Shown here piece by piece: positions 21,239 through 33,588 of a stretch of DNA of 64,000 nucleotides. Both the position numbers and the translations under genes were made by a program. Source of the stretch: Somniosus microcephalus (taxonomy: Eukaryota); NCBI GenBank assembly GCA_052327205.1, contig CM126210.1, positions 60,450,001 to 60,514,000 on the forward strand. The letters run 5' to 3'. Numbering within the stretch: position 1 is the stretch's first letter; each line of letters begins with the position of its first letter. Below the pieces are notes generated by a model that was not told the DNA's origin, ran no database searches, and saw nothing but the letters and a program-made list of their open reading frames with translations.

Positions 21239-23364
21239 AAATCTACTGACCTTGAGTGTTCAAGCTGACAGCCATCTGCAGTGTGACCTGATAGGAATAA
21301 TTTCAGGCTACTTCTAGTGTGCGCTTGCAAGCTTCTTGCCTCAAGTGAAATCTATAGCTACGGGATGGGAAACATTTATATCCTCTCATCCTGGTCGTCA
21401 GATTTGGAGGAAGAGCAGCTGCGGCAGCACCACAACCAGCCACAACAGCAGCACCAGCACCAGGAGCGCCAACCTCCTCCTCACTCACCTGATGATGCAC
21501 AGGCAGAGAGCCTCAGCGCAGGGCTGCACCTCGCCGCAGGAGATACCCCCAACACAGGGTTTACAGGCAGAGGATCAGCTTCCTCAGCATGACTGAGCAG
21601 CAGTGCCAAAGGTGGCTGAGACTTTTGAGAGACATAGTCGCTGCCATCTGCGCAGTGCTGCACCAACACCTGAAGCCTAGAGTGGCGTGTGGATGCACTC
21701 ATCCATGCCAGATTCGCGTAAGCTTACGCTTCAACCACAGGTGGCTGGCACATGGAGATGAATATAAGTCCGGCATTCTCAAAACCCCAGGCATCATCTG
21801 TCTGCTAAAGCGCTCAGTGTCACCACCAACATGGCATTCACCCTGAGCCCTCACTCTTGAACTTCAATTTCCCAGAACAGAGGCCACACTTTAGGTGATC
21901 CTAGCGGATCATTAAACCTTTTTCGACACTGAACCCATGTGCATCTGCGCACAGACCTCGAACTCACCTCCTCAGCAATTTGCAGCCAAGCTGCCTTGGT
22001 TTGCTGAGGAGGCCTCCTCCTTCCATTTCCAGGGAAGAGGACCTCCTGACATCATCTAACTCCCTCCACAAGAGCATGGAGGGAGCCCTCATTGAACCTG
22101 GCTGCAGCTTTAGTTTTTGGGGCTGCTATTCCTGCACCAGCCAGCACCTTTAAGAGAAAAAAGCATTAATTTTACCAAGCCAATGATTGGAACACATATT
22201 TTTCATTTCTTAGTCACATACTACATTGATATTTTAAAAATCCTAAATGTCTTTCTGGAATAATATGACCAGCAATTTCATTCAATTATTTGTGTTCACA
22301 CCAGCCACTGTCAACTCCCTTTTCTAGATAATACAGCACCAAGCCATTCCAGTTACATTTTTTGCAAAAGGGACATGGCCCCTTTAAATTTTTACTCCAA
22401 AAATGCATCATCAGACACGAGAAACTGACATGCTCCAAGTAATTGCCTGGAGGGACCCGCACATCGGCCGTAACGAGGCCAATCAAGCAAAAATCGGAAC
22501 TGCGGGCCGGCGGCATCCGGGAGTGGGTCCGAAAGCTGCCGAGCAGCGGGCCCGCCCTCAACCTGCCTCCTCTATAAAAATCAAGCCCACCGTCTTTCAG
22601 ATGAGACTTTAAACCAAGTCCTCTGCCCTCTCAGGTGAAGGTAAGAAGATCCCACAGCATTATATATCCTGGCCAACATTTATCCCATAACCAACATCAC
22701 TAAAAAACAGATTATCTGGTCATTATCAAATTGGCTGCTGTGTTTCCTAGTGATTTTAAAAGTACTTAATTGGCTGTTAAGTGCCTTGGGATGCCCTGAG
22801 GTTGTGAAAGGTGCTGTATAAATGTAAGTCCTTTCTTTCAAGCCATTACACGTGAACCAGAAACAGCCCTGAGGCCATTATTGTTTCAGCGCAATCTGGC
22901 TCTGCTGTTGTTTTTTTGATATGATTTGGGAGCCGCTATTTATTGAAAGGTTTTATCCAGATTCTCTGTAAGCATTGACTGCCCCCCTATGCATTCCGCA
23001 TTTGCTCGACCTTCATGAATAGTTCGAATTTTTCAGGGTTTCTTTTGTGGTGGGGGTATCTTTGGGGCAAAGGTGTCCCCCCCTTTTTCTCTTATTTTAT
23101 AATCGTGCAACGGCCTCACTGCTTGCAGTTTACTCTTTCAGTGGTCAGTGCTCCTAACTGAAGAGCTTTGGTCAGCAGTCCAAAACGTTAGCTCCTTATC
23201 CGAACTGTTGGTACCTAACGATCTCTGGTACAGTAGTGATCAGTCAGTATTCTCCCAGTGATTGACTGGAGAATAACATTGCCAACAGCGTATGTTCCTC
23301 AGGAGACAGCCTGGGTTCACCTGGGATACAGGTGAACATAGAACAAATCTCAACAAGCTACAGT

Positions 23365-23710
23365 CGAGTTAAGTTATCCAGAGGCTTAGACGAAGAATCC
23401 TGGGAATGCAAATTCAAATCCCATCATGCATTTGTGAGAATTTGAAATCAATTAAAAAAAATAAAAAATGACCATGAAGCTGTCGGATAGTCGTAAAAAC
23501 CCAATTGGTTCACTAGTGTCCCTTAGGGAAGGAAACCTGCTGTCCTTACCTGGTCTGAGCCTATATGTGACTCCAGTCCCACACCAACCTGGTTGACTCT
23601 TAATTGCCTACTGAAGTGGCCCAGCAAGCCCCTCAGTTGTGGTAACTAGGGATAGGCAATAAGTGCTGGCCTTGCCAGCAACGCACACATCCCGAGAATG
23701 AATTTTTTTT
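23365..23710 (+). mobile_element. tRNA-derived SINE sharing 5' body and 3' tail with the LINE at 44333-47468
   Basis: B-box-like ttcaaatccc, core ggttcacta.tgtcc.ttagggaaggaaa..ccttacctggtctg, tail actagggat.ggcaataa.tgctggccttgccag, terminal T8. Confidence 0.85.
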
Positions 23711-24126
23711 AAGTGATTTTGCTGGGGGGGGTGGGTTTAACCACAATTTTTTCTCCTCCCCACAAGGAACTGTCTCATACTAGGTATGATTTCATGCGCA
23801 CCAGCTCCCTTCTGGTAACTTGCCTGAGTGAGCAGCAGCAGACTATGCCGACTGAGGCCAATCTGGTGGCCATGTGCCTCATTTTCCAGTGGGGCAGGGG
23901 CGTCATAAAAATGATCAGGAGTGGCAACCCTAGCTGAACATCTCCACTCCCCATTCTGGGGTTACCGAGCCAATTGTAGGGCCAGGCTAAGACCAGCTAG
24001 TTCAGAACCGATGGGACATTGAGCCTGAAACCTCCCTGCTTTTGTAGTTCTTTCAAGGTGTAAGAGGTTTACTAATTATTTTGCTTGTGGAAGAACGAGA
24101 AGAAATATAAACTAAAAGGTACAATT

Positions 24127-25370
24127 CTAGAATCATAGAATGGTTACAGCACAGAAGTAGGCCATTTGGCCCGTTGAGTCCGTACCGGCTCTTTGCAAGA
24201 GCACTTCAGCTAGTCCCACTCCCACGCCCTTTCCCCATAACCCTGCAAAATTTTTTCCTTCAGGTACTTATCCAATTCCCTTTTGAAAGCCACGATTGAA
24301 TCTGCCTCCACCACCCTTTCAGGCAGTGAATTCCAGATCCTAACCACTCGCTGCGTAAAAAGGTTTTTCCTCATGTCACCTTTGGTTCTTCTGCCAATCA
24401 CCTTAAATCTGTGTCCTCTGGTTGTTGACCCTTCCGCCAATGGGAACAGTTTCTCTCTATCTACTCTGTCCAGACCCCTCATGATTTTGAACACCTCTAT
24501 CAAATCTCCTCTCAACCTGCTCTGCTCCAAGGGGAACAACCCCAGCTTCTCCGGTCTATCAATGTAACTGAAGTCCCTCAGTCCTGCAATCATTCTCGTA
24601 AAGCTTTTCTGCACCCTCTCTAAGACCTTCACATCCTTCCGAAAGTGTGCTTCCCAGAATTGGACAAAGTACTGCAGTTTGAGCCGAACCAGTGTTTTAT
24701 ACAGGTTTATCATAATTTCCATACTTTTGTACTCTATACCTCTATTTATGAAGCCCAGGATCCTGTAAGCCTTTTTAACTGCTTTCTCAACCTGCCCTGC
24801 CACCTTCAACGATTTGTGCACACATACCCCAGGTCTCTCTGTTAGTGTACCCACTTCAGGATTGTACCATTTAGTTTATATGTCCTCTCCTCGTTCTTTC
24901 TACAAAAATGTATCACTTCACAGTTTCCTGCGTTAAATTTCATCTGCCACATGTCCGCCCACTTCACCAGCCTGTCTATGGCTTCCTGAAGTCTATCACT
25001 CCTCCTCACCGTTCATTATACTTCCAAGTTTTGTGTCAGCTGCAAATTTTGCAATTGTGCCCTGTACACCCACGTCTAAGTCATTAATATATATCAAGAA
25101 AAGCAGTGGTCCTAGAACCGACCCCTGGAGAACACCACTGTATACCTTCCTCCAGTCCGAAAAATAACCGTTCACCACTACTCTCTGTTTCCTATCACTT
25201 AGCCAATTCCGTATCCATGCTGCCACTGTCCCTTTTATTCCATGGGCTTCAACTTTGCTGGCAAGCCTATTATGTAGCACTTTGTCAAACGCCTTTTGGA
25301 AATCCATGTAACTACGTCAACAGCATCACCCTTAGCAACCCTCTCTGTTATCTCATCAAAGAACTCAGTT
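24127..25370 (-). mobile_element. CR1 LINE, 5'-truncated
   Basis: ORFs 24996..25307 ([22 protein letters not shown]) and 24210..24854. Confidence 0.95.
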
Positions 25371-26305
25371 GGGAACAGTAGCATAGTGGTTATGTTACTG
25401 GACTAGTAATCCCACCACGGCAGCTGGGGAATTTAATATTCAGTTAAGTAAATAACTCTGGAATAAAAAGCTAGTATCAGTAATGGTGACTTTCAGATTG
25501 TCGCAAAACACATCTGGTTCACTAATGTCCTTTAGGAAGGAAATATGCCATCCTTACCTGGTCTGGCCTACATGTGACTCCAGACCCACAGCAATGTGGT
25601 AGACTCTTAACTACCCTCTGAAATGGCCTAGCAAGCCACTCAGTTGTGAAAAACAATAATTAAAAAACCAGATGGACCACCCGGCATTGACCTTGGCACC
25701 GGCTACGGACATGACAACGGCACACCCAGTCCATTCGACCCTGCAAAGTCCTCACCAACATCTGGGCACTTGTGCCAAAATTGGGAGAGCTGTCCCACAG
25801 ACTAGTTAAGCAACAGCCTGACATGGTCATACTCACAGAATCATACCTTTCAGCCAATGTCCCAAACTCCTTCATCACCATCCCAGGGTATGTCCTGTCC
25901 CACCGGCACAGTGATATGCAGTCGAGAAGGAGTGGCCCTAGGAGTCCTCAACATTGACTCCAGATGAAGTCTCATGGCTTCAGGTGAAGCATGGGCAAGG
26001 AAACCTCCTGCAGATTACTGCCCTTCCTCATCTGATGAATCAATACTCCTCCATGCTGAACACCACTTGGAAGAAGCACTGAGAGTAGCAAGGGCACAGA
26101 ATGTACTCTGGGTGGGGGACTTCAATGTCCATCAGCAAGAGTGGCTCGGTAGCACCACTACTGGCCAAGTCCTGAAGCACATAGCTGCGACATGTGGTGA
26201 GAGAACCAACACGAGGGAAAAACCTACTTGACCAATCCTCACCAATCTACCTGTCGCAGATGCATCTGTCCAGTGACCACCACACAGTCGTCATGGAGAC
26301 GAAGT
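25371..26305 (+). mobile_element. 5' part of tRNA-headed single-ORF LINE (second copy)
   Basis: A-box TAGCATAGTGG at 25379, SINE-like body, then APE domain (LVPKLGELSHRL..VILTESYL, WVGDFNVH). Colinear with 46470-47468 (-). Confidence 0.88.
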
Positions 26306-26792
26306 CTCATTGAAACATACACGATTCTGAAGGGGATTGACAGGGTAGATGCTGAGAGGTTGTTTCCCCTGGCTGGAGTGTCTAGAACTGGAGGGCATAG
26401 TCTCAGGATAAGGGGTAGGCCATTTAAGACTGAGATGAGGGGAAATTTCTTCACTCAGAGGGTTGTGAATCTTTGGAATTCTCTGCCCCAGAGGGCTGTG
26501 AATGCTGAGTCTTTGAGTATATTCAAGGCTGAGATAGATAGATTTTTGGACTCTAGGGGAATCAAGGGATATGGAGATCGGGCAAGAAATAGGATCTGGA
26601 ATGCACTGCCTGTGAGGGTGGTGGAGGCAGATTCAATCGTGGCTTTCAAAAGGGAATTGGATAAGTACCTGAAGGAAAAAATTTTGCAGGGCTACGGAGA
26701 AAGGGGGTGGTGGGGTTTGGGAGCTCTTGCAGAAAGCCGGCACGGGCTTGATGGGCCGAATGGCCTCCTTCAGTGCTGTAACCATTCTATGA
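26306..26792 (+). mobile_element. Two fused CR1 3' fragments
   Basis: FFTQRVVNLWNSLP followed by a second IWNALP..FKRELDK segment and the CR1 tail. Confidence 0.85.
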
Positions 26793-26829
26793 TAATCAAT
26801 AAATCATTCAACAATCGTGATTCAAACCA

Positions 26830-26835
26830 TTTATT
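26830..26835 (-). terminator. Candidate FBXO16 polyadenylation signal
   Basis: AATAAA on - strand about 770 nt after the stop codon, at the end of unique sequence. Confidence 0.4.
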
Positions 26836-27600
26836 TGAGATAGTATATTAGGAAGTCTGGTCAACTGATTTTACAGCAATCATTTGTACTCCACTCCAAT
26901 CCATGAATCATAATGTCACCACACAGCAAATCAGGGGATAGAGCCAATGTAGCTTTTCTTAAATCCAGTATGGCTTTTGCTTTTGAGATGTTTTCTAGAT
27001 GTGTAGATGCACGATCATTGTGGGTGGGAGGAAGGAATTGTGAATTTAAGTTTTGAAAAAAATTAAAAAGTGTTCCTGTGAACTTTTTCTTCCTCTTGAA
27101 GTTTCCCCACACCGGGATCTCAGACCTCAGCTAACTTCACACAGAATCCACTGCTAGGAGTTGCATTCATCTTCTGATTTCACTCCCTATCTGGGGGTTA
27201 GCTCTTCTCTTCCTTTGTACACTGTCCTAACACATCAGAAAAGGTGCAAAGCTCAATACTGGGTGGGGCGAGAGAAGCAAACAATATTGCATTCAATGGT
27301 TCAGGCTATTAGCAGTGATTTTAATATATTTCTTCAGTGACTTGAGACACAATATAAAAATGCCTTTAATTCTCATTTTTGTCTCTTGCTTTCACCAAAA
27401 TGAAACAGGAATTATAATCATTTAACCCAACCACTCAAAGTGTTGCAGTTCATGCTATGATTAAAGGAGGTGTTGACACAGCAATCCAGCAGTGCCTTCA
27501 GTGTAGTCCTACTCCAGTTCACCCACTCCTCGCCGTTCTGCACTAACTGGCTCAGCCCGCTGGTGGGGTTACTGTCTCTGCTCCAGATGGCTTCTTCCTC

Positions 27601-27668
27601 TCATTCTTCATCAGACCCTCTCTCTGACGTGGGGACTTGCCACGGCTGACTCTCAAAGAATGGGCAGG
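27601..27668 (-). CDS. FBXO16: F-box only protein 16, last coding exon
   Basis: Acceptor cccgcag; phase 1 matches the previous exon. Encodes (S)CPFFESQPWQVPTSERGSDEE*. Confidence 0.8.
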
Positions 27669-28373
27669 CTGCGGGGGTGGGAATCGGGAGCAGAGAACAT
27701 AGCAAGATGGTTATTTGTTTTTTTCCCTCGGGTGCGTTATTCTCTTCCTCTTCAAACTATAAAGTGAGCGATTGCGGGACACGTCACTCTCCAGTGAGAA
27801 TAACGCTACAGTCGGACGAGCACTGATCTCCTTGGATCAGGAGGCACATTTTCCCACTGCAGTTATTGCTTCATGGCCTGGAACTCGGGCAGAACTAAAA
27901 GGTATGCATGTGTCTCACAAGTAACTAGATAGTTTATACTGAACACATGGAGTGACTAAGGGCTCATTTGCAGTGGTTTATGGATAAATTCAGCACTTCC
28001 GTTTAGCCCTAAGGCAATGCATGATACATACGTTTGTACTTAAGACTCTCTGTCCCTTCTGCCTAATCTAAACCGTGATCTGCACTAATCCTGTGCATGC
28101 CAGTGCCACATCATTCATCACCGAATCTTTTCTGCAACAGCCATTTCAACAGATTGTTTATTATAAATGCTTCAGAAAAGGCCAAAAACATAGTCAGCAA
28201 TGTGCACACTGGCCAGCTACCATGTGACAACCTGACAGTATACCAAGCCTCCATACACAGTGCACGGATATCATTAGGATAGTGAATCACTTCAGTATAA
28301 AACTAGTTACAGTTTTGTTGTAAGAAAGCACAGTAGAGGAAACGTGCTTCTCTGCAGAGAGGAAACATCTCAA

Positions 28374-28812
28374 GAGTCAGAAGGTTGTCGGTTCGAGCCC
28401 CACTCCAGAGACTTGAGCCCATAATCTAGGCTGACACTCCCAGTACAGCACTGAGGGAGTGCTGCACCATCGGAAGTGTCGTCTTTCAGATGAGACATTA
28501 AACCGAGGCCCCATCTGCCCTCTCAGGTGGACGTAAAAGATCCCAAAGCACTATTTGAAGAACAGCAAGGGAGTTCTCCCCGGTGTCCTGGCCAATATTT
28601 ATCCCTCAACCAACATCACTAAAAACAGATTGCCTGATCATTTTTCTTATTGCTGTTTGTGGGACCTGATTAAGTGCAAATTGGCTGCCACATTTGCCTA
28701 TTTAATAACAGTGACTACACTTCAAAAGTACTTCATTGGCTGTAAAGTGCTTTGGAATGTCCTGAGAATGTGAAAGGCGCTATATAAATGCAAGATCTTT
28801 CTTTTCTTTCTA
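28374..28812 (+). mobile_element. DeuSINE (SacSINE1-like)
   Basis: B-box, core and L2-type tail. Confidence 0.88.
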
Positions 28813-28920
28813 TTTCTGCGGCCACTAAACCGTTTATAGATTGCTTAATTTGCTATTACCAGCAATGCTCAGACAGTATTAAAAAGGTGAATAATGCAGA
28901 TGACTGGCATTGTTACTCAC

Positions 28921-29146
28921 AAGGAACGGTCCTCTGAGTTCGCAGGGAGGCTTTCTGTCCCCTCTTGCTCAATGCTGGTATCGCAGGTCGAACTGGCCCT
29001 GGTCGAATCCCGGCGTTCCAGTCAGAGCTCCGGGTTAGTGCCTTGGCTTCCTCCTTGGAAACAAAATCTCCCACTGGACCATGACTTGCCCAGACTGGGC
29101 GCACTTGACGTTTCTGACTTAAGTTGAAGTCAAGAGACATGCACAT
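28921..29146 (-). CDS. FBXO16: FBXO16 coding exon
   Basis: ctcag|ATG ... CCT T|gtgagt. Encodes MCMSLDFNL...WNAGIRPGPVRP...; phases fit both neighbours. Confidence 0.82.
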
Positions 29147-29389
29147 CTGAGCACAAATCAAAGCCAAGAAACAATCAGAAGTGTTTGAAAATAGATAGAG
29201 GAAGGTTGCAACAAATAAGGCTGATGGCAGGCTGGTTCCACAGAGATAATGCATCATTAGACAGATGGGACAAGGTAGACTCATTATGCACTTGATATGG
29301 TTGGCAGAAAGGAGATAAAACACCTGGCTGATCGGAACTGGGGCACCAGTGTGGGCACTGTACCCCTGCATTAGGGTTGGCAAAAAAAT

Positions 29390-31222
29390 CTGTCTGCCCC
29401 CTCAGTTGGACGTAAAAGATCCCACAGCACTATTGGAAGAAGAGCAGGGAGTTCTCCCCAGTGTCCCAGCCAATATTAACCCTCAACCAACATCATTAAA
29501 ACAGATTATTGATTTTTATGAAGAGGTAACAGAGAGAGTAGACAAGGGTAATGCAATAGATGTCATTTATCTAGATTTTCAAAAGGCCTTCGATAAGATA
29601 CCACCTAATCGACTAATGAATAAGATCAGAGAATGCGGAGTCAGGGTACAAGTAGCAGAATGGATAGCTAGCTGGCTTCAAGACAAAAAGCAGAGAGTAG
29701 GGGTAAAGGGTAGCTATTCACAGTGGCAGAAGATAGGTAGTGGTGTTCCACAAGGATCAGTGCTGGGACCACTGTTGTTCACAATTTATATTAACGATTT
29801 AGACTTTGAAATCAAAAACACAATTTCTAAATTTGCAGAGGACACCAAATTGGGGGGGATAGTCAATACAGGAAACTTTCTGGTATCCGGCACGGACGGG
29901 ACCGAGCTGGTGCCGGTATATCAACATTGCCGGAGAATCGAGCGCTATAGTTAAAACATACGGAGCTCCAACAAACCCTGTTGCTTAGCAACAGCTTCAA
30001 AACGATCAGCACAGCTTGCGTCTCTGTAGCTTAGCAACAGCTTCAGTTAGACGCTTGCACAGCCAGAAATGAGTAAAAAAAAACTAAAAGTAAACAAAGT
30101 TATCTGAACCGACTCCTGAATTTTGCCGGTTAACCGACATTTCCGGTTATTTAGTGGCCGGTTAATCGAAAGTTTCCTGTACTGAGGAGGACTGCAACAA
30201 ATTACAGGAGGACATTAATAAACTTGTAGAATGGGCACATAATTGGCAAATGAATTTCAACACAGATAAATGTGAGGTTTTACATTTTGGTAGGAAGAAT
30301 AGGGAGATCACTTATTACTTGGAGGGTGTGAGTCTGGGTGGGGTAGAGGAGCAAAGGGATCTTGGAGTACAAATACACACATTGCTAAAAGTAGCGACAG
30401 AGGTTAACAAGGCCATAAAAAAAGCAAACCAAGCACTAGGGTTTATTTCTAGAGGAATAGAATTGAAAAGTAGTGAAGTTATGCTAAACCTGTATCTAAC
30501 CTTGGTTGGATCACACTTGGAGTACTGCATACAATTCTGGTAGCCATATTATGAAAAGGATATAGAGGCACTGGAGAGGGTGCAGAGAAGGATGATACCA
30601 GATTTGCGAGGGTATACCTATCAGGAAAGGATGAACAGGCTGGGTCTCTTTTCTCCTGAAAAAAGAGGGCTGAGGGGTGACCTAATTACGAAAGGTTTTG
30701 ATTAGAGTAGATAGAGAGAGAGTGTTTCCAGTTGTGCGGAAGAGCATAACTAGAGGCCATCAATATAAGATAGCCACTAAGAAATCAAATAGGGAATTCA
30801 GAAGAAACTTCTTTACCCAGAGGGTGGTGAGAATGTGGAACTCGCTACCACAGGGAGTAGTTGAGGCAAATAGTATAGATGCATTTAAGAGACTAGATAA
30901 GCATATGAGGGAGAAGGGAATAGAGAGTTATGCTGATAGAGTTAGATGAGGAAAGTCCGAAGGAAGCTCATGTGGAGCATTAACACCGGCATAGACTGGT
31001 TGGGCCAAATGGCCTGTTTCTGTGCCGTATATCCTATGTAATCCTCTAAGATTATCTGGTCATTATCTCATTGCTGTTTGTGGGAGCTTGATGTGTGCAA
31101 ATTGGCTGCTGTGTTTCCCTACATTACAACAGTGACTGCACTTCAAAAGTACTTCATTGGCTGTAAAAAGCTTTGGGATATCCTGAGGTCATAGAAGGTG
31201 CTATATAAATGCAAGTTCCTTC
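29390..31222 (+). mobile_element. DeuSINE fragment interrupted by a CR1 (about 29510-31048)
   Basis: SINE resumes at agattatctggtc after the CR1 tail; agattat is duplicated at the junctions. CR1 RT motifs in ORFs 29349.., 30250.. and 30698.. Confidence 0.88.
29869..30179. mobile_element. Tc1/mariner-superfamily (Tigger/pogo-like) MITE inside the CR1
   Basis: TIRs CAGGAAACTTTC / GAAAGTTTCCTG with TA TSD. CR1 rejoins as gtcaata|ctgaggag. Confidence 0.85.
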
Positions 31223-31380
31223 GCTCACCCTCTCACCGTATCAACTCCACCCACCCACTCACCTTTAAATCTTTTTTCTCTCCAGAAATGGATCTAATTA
31301 CCACTTGAAATCATCTGCTCCACAGAAACCTTTAGTAAAAGGCTAAAGATTTATAGGATATGGAAAAACCAGGGTGTAAA

Positions 31381-31818
31381 AGAAAGACTTGCATTTATAT
31401 AGCGCCTTTCACAACCACTGGACGTCTCAAAGCACTTTACAGCCAATTAAGTACTTTTGGAGTGTAGTCACTGTTCCTTGTGAATATATGCTTGCGCCAC
31501 CCTCCTCATTCACTTTTAAGGACTTGTAAAGAGTGGGCAGGCATAGCCAATTTGCATACAGCAAGCTCCCACAAACAGCAATGTGATAATAACCAGATAA
31601 TCTGTTTTTGTTATGTTGATTGAGGGATAACTTCCCTGCTCTTCTTCGAAATAGTGCCATGGGATCTTTTACATCCACCTGAGAGAGCAGACGGAGCCTC
31701 GGTTTAACATCTCATCCGAAAGATAGCACCTCCAACAGTGCAGCACTCCCTCAGCACTGCACTGGAGTGTCAGCCTAGATTTTTGTGCTCAAGTCCCTGG
31801 AGCGGGACTTAAACCCAC

Positions 31819-31860
<42 letters not shown>
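31381..31860 (-). mobile_element. DeuSINE (SacSINE1-like) with an internal foreign insert
   Basis: Reverse-complement SINE; non-SINE segment at 31476-31544. Confidence 0.88.
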
Positions 31861-31986
31861 TGGCTTTCCTGGAAATTTATTCTCCAAATCTATTACCTTT
31901 TGTCAAAAAAGTTCTGCCTGGCTTCCCTTCTTACCCCTGAACTCCTATTATTTGAACTTGTGTCTCCTGGTATTTCAGCCCTTAAC

Positions 31987-32521
31987 TGTAGTGCACAATT
32001 TTTCATCAATAAAATAAAACCTAGCTGTTATCCCCATTATTACAGAGGCGCAGTAAAGGAGAACTGTCACTAGGTGGCATAGAAGCACCAATTCTGACGT
32101 GTTTAACAGCTGACAGAGCAAATGGTGGGATGGGAGCTTCGTTTGGTTCAGCCAGGCGAAGGGGCTTATGCGACTGGGTAATTCGTTGGTAGGGGTGGAA
32201 TTAGAGTCCACCATAGCAACAAGGGAATTACTGCTTGTTATAGTCCCCAGTTGTGTACTCTATGTTGTTTGTAACCTGGATTTTATTCTCCACAGATACA
32301 GTGATTTTGTTTAATAGTGCATGTTTTAGCCAGTGTATGTTAGGCCAAATAAATATAAGTTTGATTTTTCACCGAAGCATTCCTCTCCGTTACTTATTCC
32401 ATTTACACTCTGAATAATAATTCCCGGGTATAGAACTTTCGTAAGGTGGGGGTGATTCGAACCGTCCGTCTAGCAATTGGGCTAGGATCAAAAACCGCTT
32501 ACATCTCTTGGCGACTATACA
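31987..32521 (+). mobile_element. Candidate solo LTR
   Basis: TGTAGT...ACTATACA ends, AATAAA at about 32348, near-TSD taac/tcac. Confidence 0.3.
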
Positions 32522-32949
32522 TCACTGTACTAAGCTTCTCCACTACATCCTAGCACTGCAAGTGGCCTCCAGGAGTGGGCAAAATACCTTCACACCACCC
32601 GCCTAAATACAGGCCTGTTGGATAATCATCTGGCATTGTGTTCACATTGGGAGTACTCCAGATCATGTTTGAGGCTTGTTCCTTCTACATCCTCCTGTTC
32701 CTTGTGAATATATGCTTGTTCCACCCTCCTCAGAGTCTGGGGTGTTTTCCAGTATATTTCATTCACTTTTAAGGACTTGCAAAGAGTGGGTGGACAGGCA
32801 CTGCCAGCTGGTGTTGATGAATGGTCCGATGCCCACAGGTATCAGTGACAGAACACGGTCCCTTTGGTAGGAACATTCCTATGTGTGCTGCAAGATTTTG
32901 CATGGCATGTAAATGGTTTCCAAATCATTGCTTTAGAATTTGCTTGATT

Positions 32950-33588
32950 GATAACTAATGGAATGTTGGCCTTTATCTCAGGGGGCTGTAATACAAAGGT
33001 GAGGAAAGTGATGCTTCAGTTGTACAGAGCCTTGTACAGGCCCCATTTGGAGCACTGTGTTCAGTTCTGGGCAACACACCTCAGGAAGAATATATTGGCC
33101 TTGGAGGGGATGCAGCGCAGCATTAGCTGAATGATACCAGGGCTAAAAGGGTTAAATTTTGAGGACTGGTTGCATAAACTTGGCTTCTATTCCCTTGAGT
33201 TTAGAAGATTGAAGGGTGATCTATTGAGGTGTTTAAAATGATAAAGGGATTCAATAGGGTAAAGAGAAAGAGAAACAATTTCCTCTGGTGGGGGAATCCA
33301 GAACAAGGGGCATAACCTTAAAATTAAAGCCAAGCCATTTAGAAATGAGGAAGCACTTCTTCATAAAAAAGGTTGTGGAAATCTAGAACTCTCTCCCCCA
33401 AAAGGCTGTGGATGTTGGAGGGTCCACAGAAATTGTCAAGACTGAGATCGATAGATTTTTGTTGGGTAAGGGTATAAGGTATATGGAGGAAAGGCGGGTA
33501 AACGGAGTTCAGGTACAAATCAGCCATGGTCTAACTGAATGGCAGAACAGGCTCGAGAGGCTGAATGGCCTACTCCTGCTTCTATGAT
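32950..33588 (+). mobile_element. CR1 3' fragment
   Basis: RPHLEHCVQFW motif and CR1 tail. Confidence 0.88.

Larger units (their letters stand above)
19184..22588 (+). mobile_element. Internally deleted PIF/Harbinger element
   Basis: 21360-21670 resembles the transposase 5' region at 41620-41890 ([19 protein letters not shown]). 21890-22130 (-) resembles the Myb/SANT exon (APRF..). Imperfect TIRs at both junctions. Confidence 0.7.
19047..22840 (+). mobile_element. DeuSINE split into 19047-19180 and 22589-22840 by a nested insertion cluster
   Basis: SINE sequence ..gctgcactgttgaaggt | accgtctttcagatgagac.. rejoins across the insert. Confidence 0.8.

Noticed and set aside
23153-23192. Free-standing hammerhead-like motif (also near 7340-7372)
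   Set aside because: Core or stem II is broken; at best a decayed PLE remnant.
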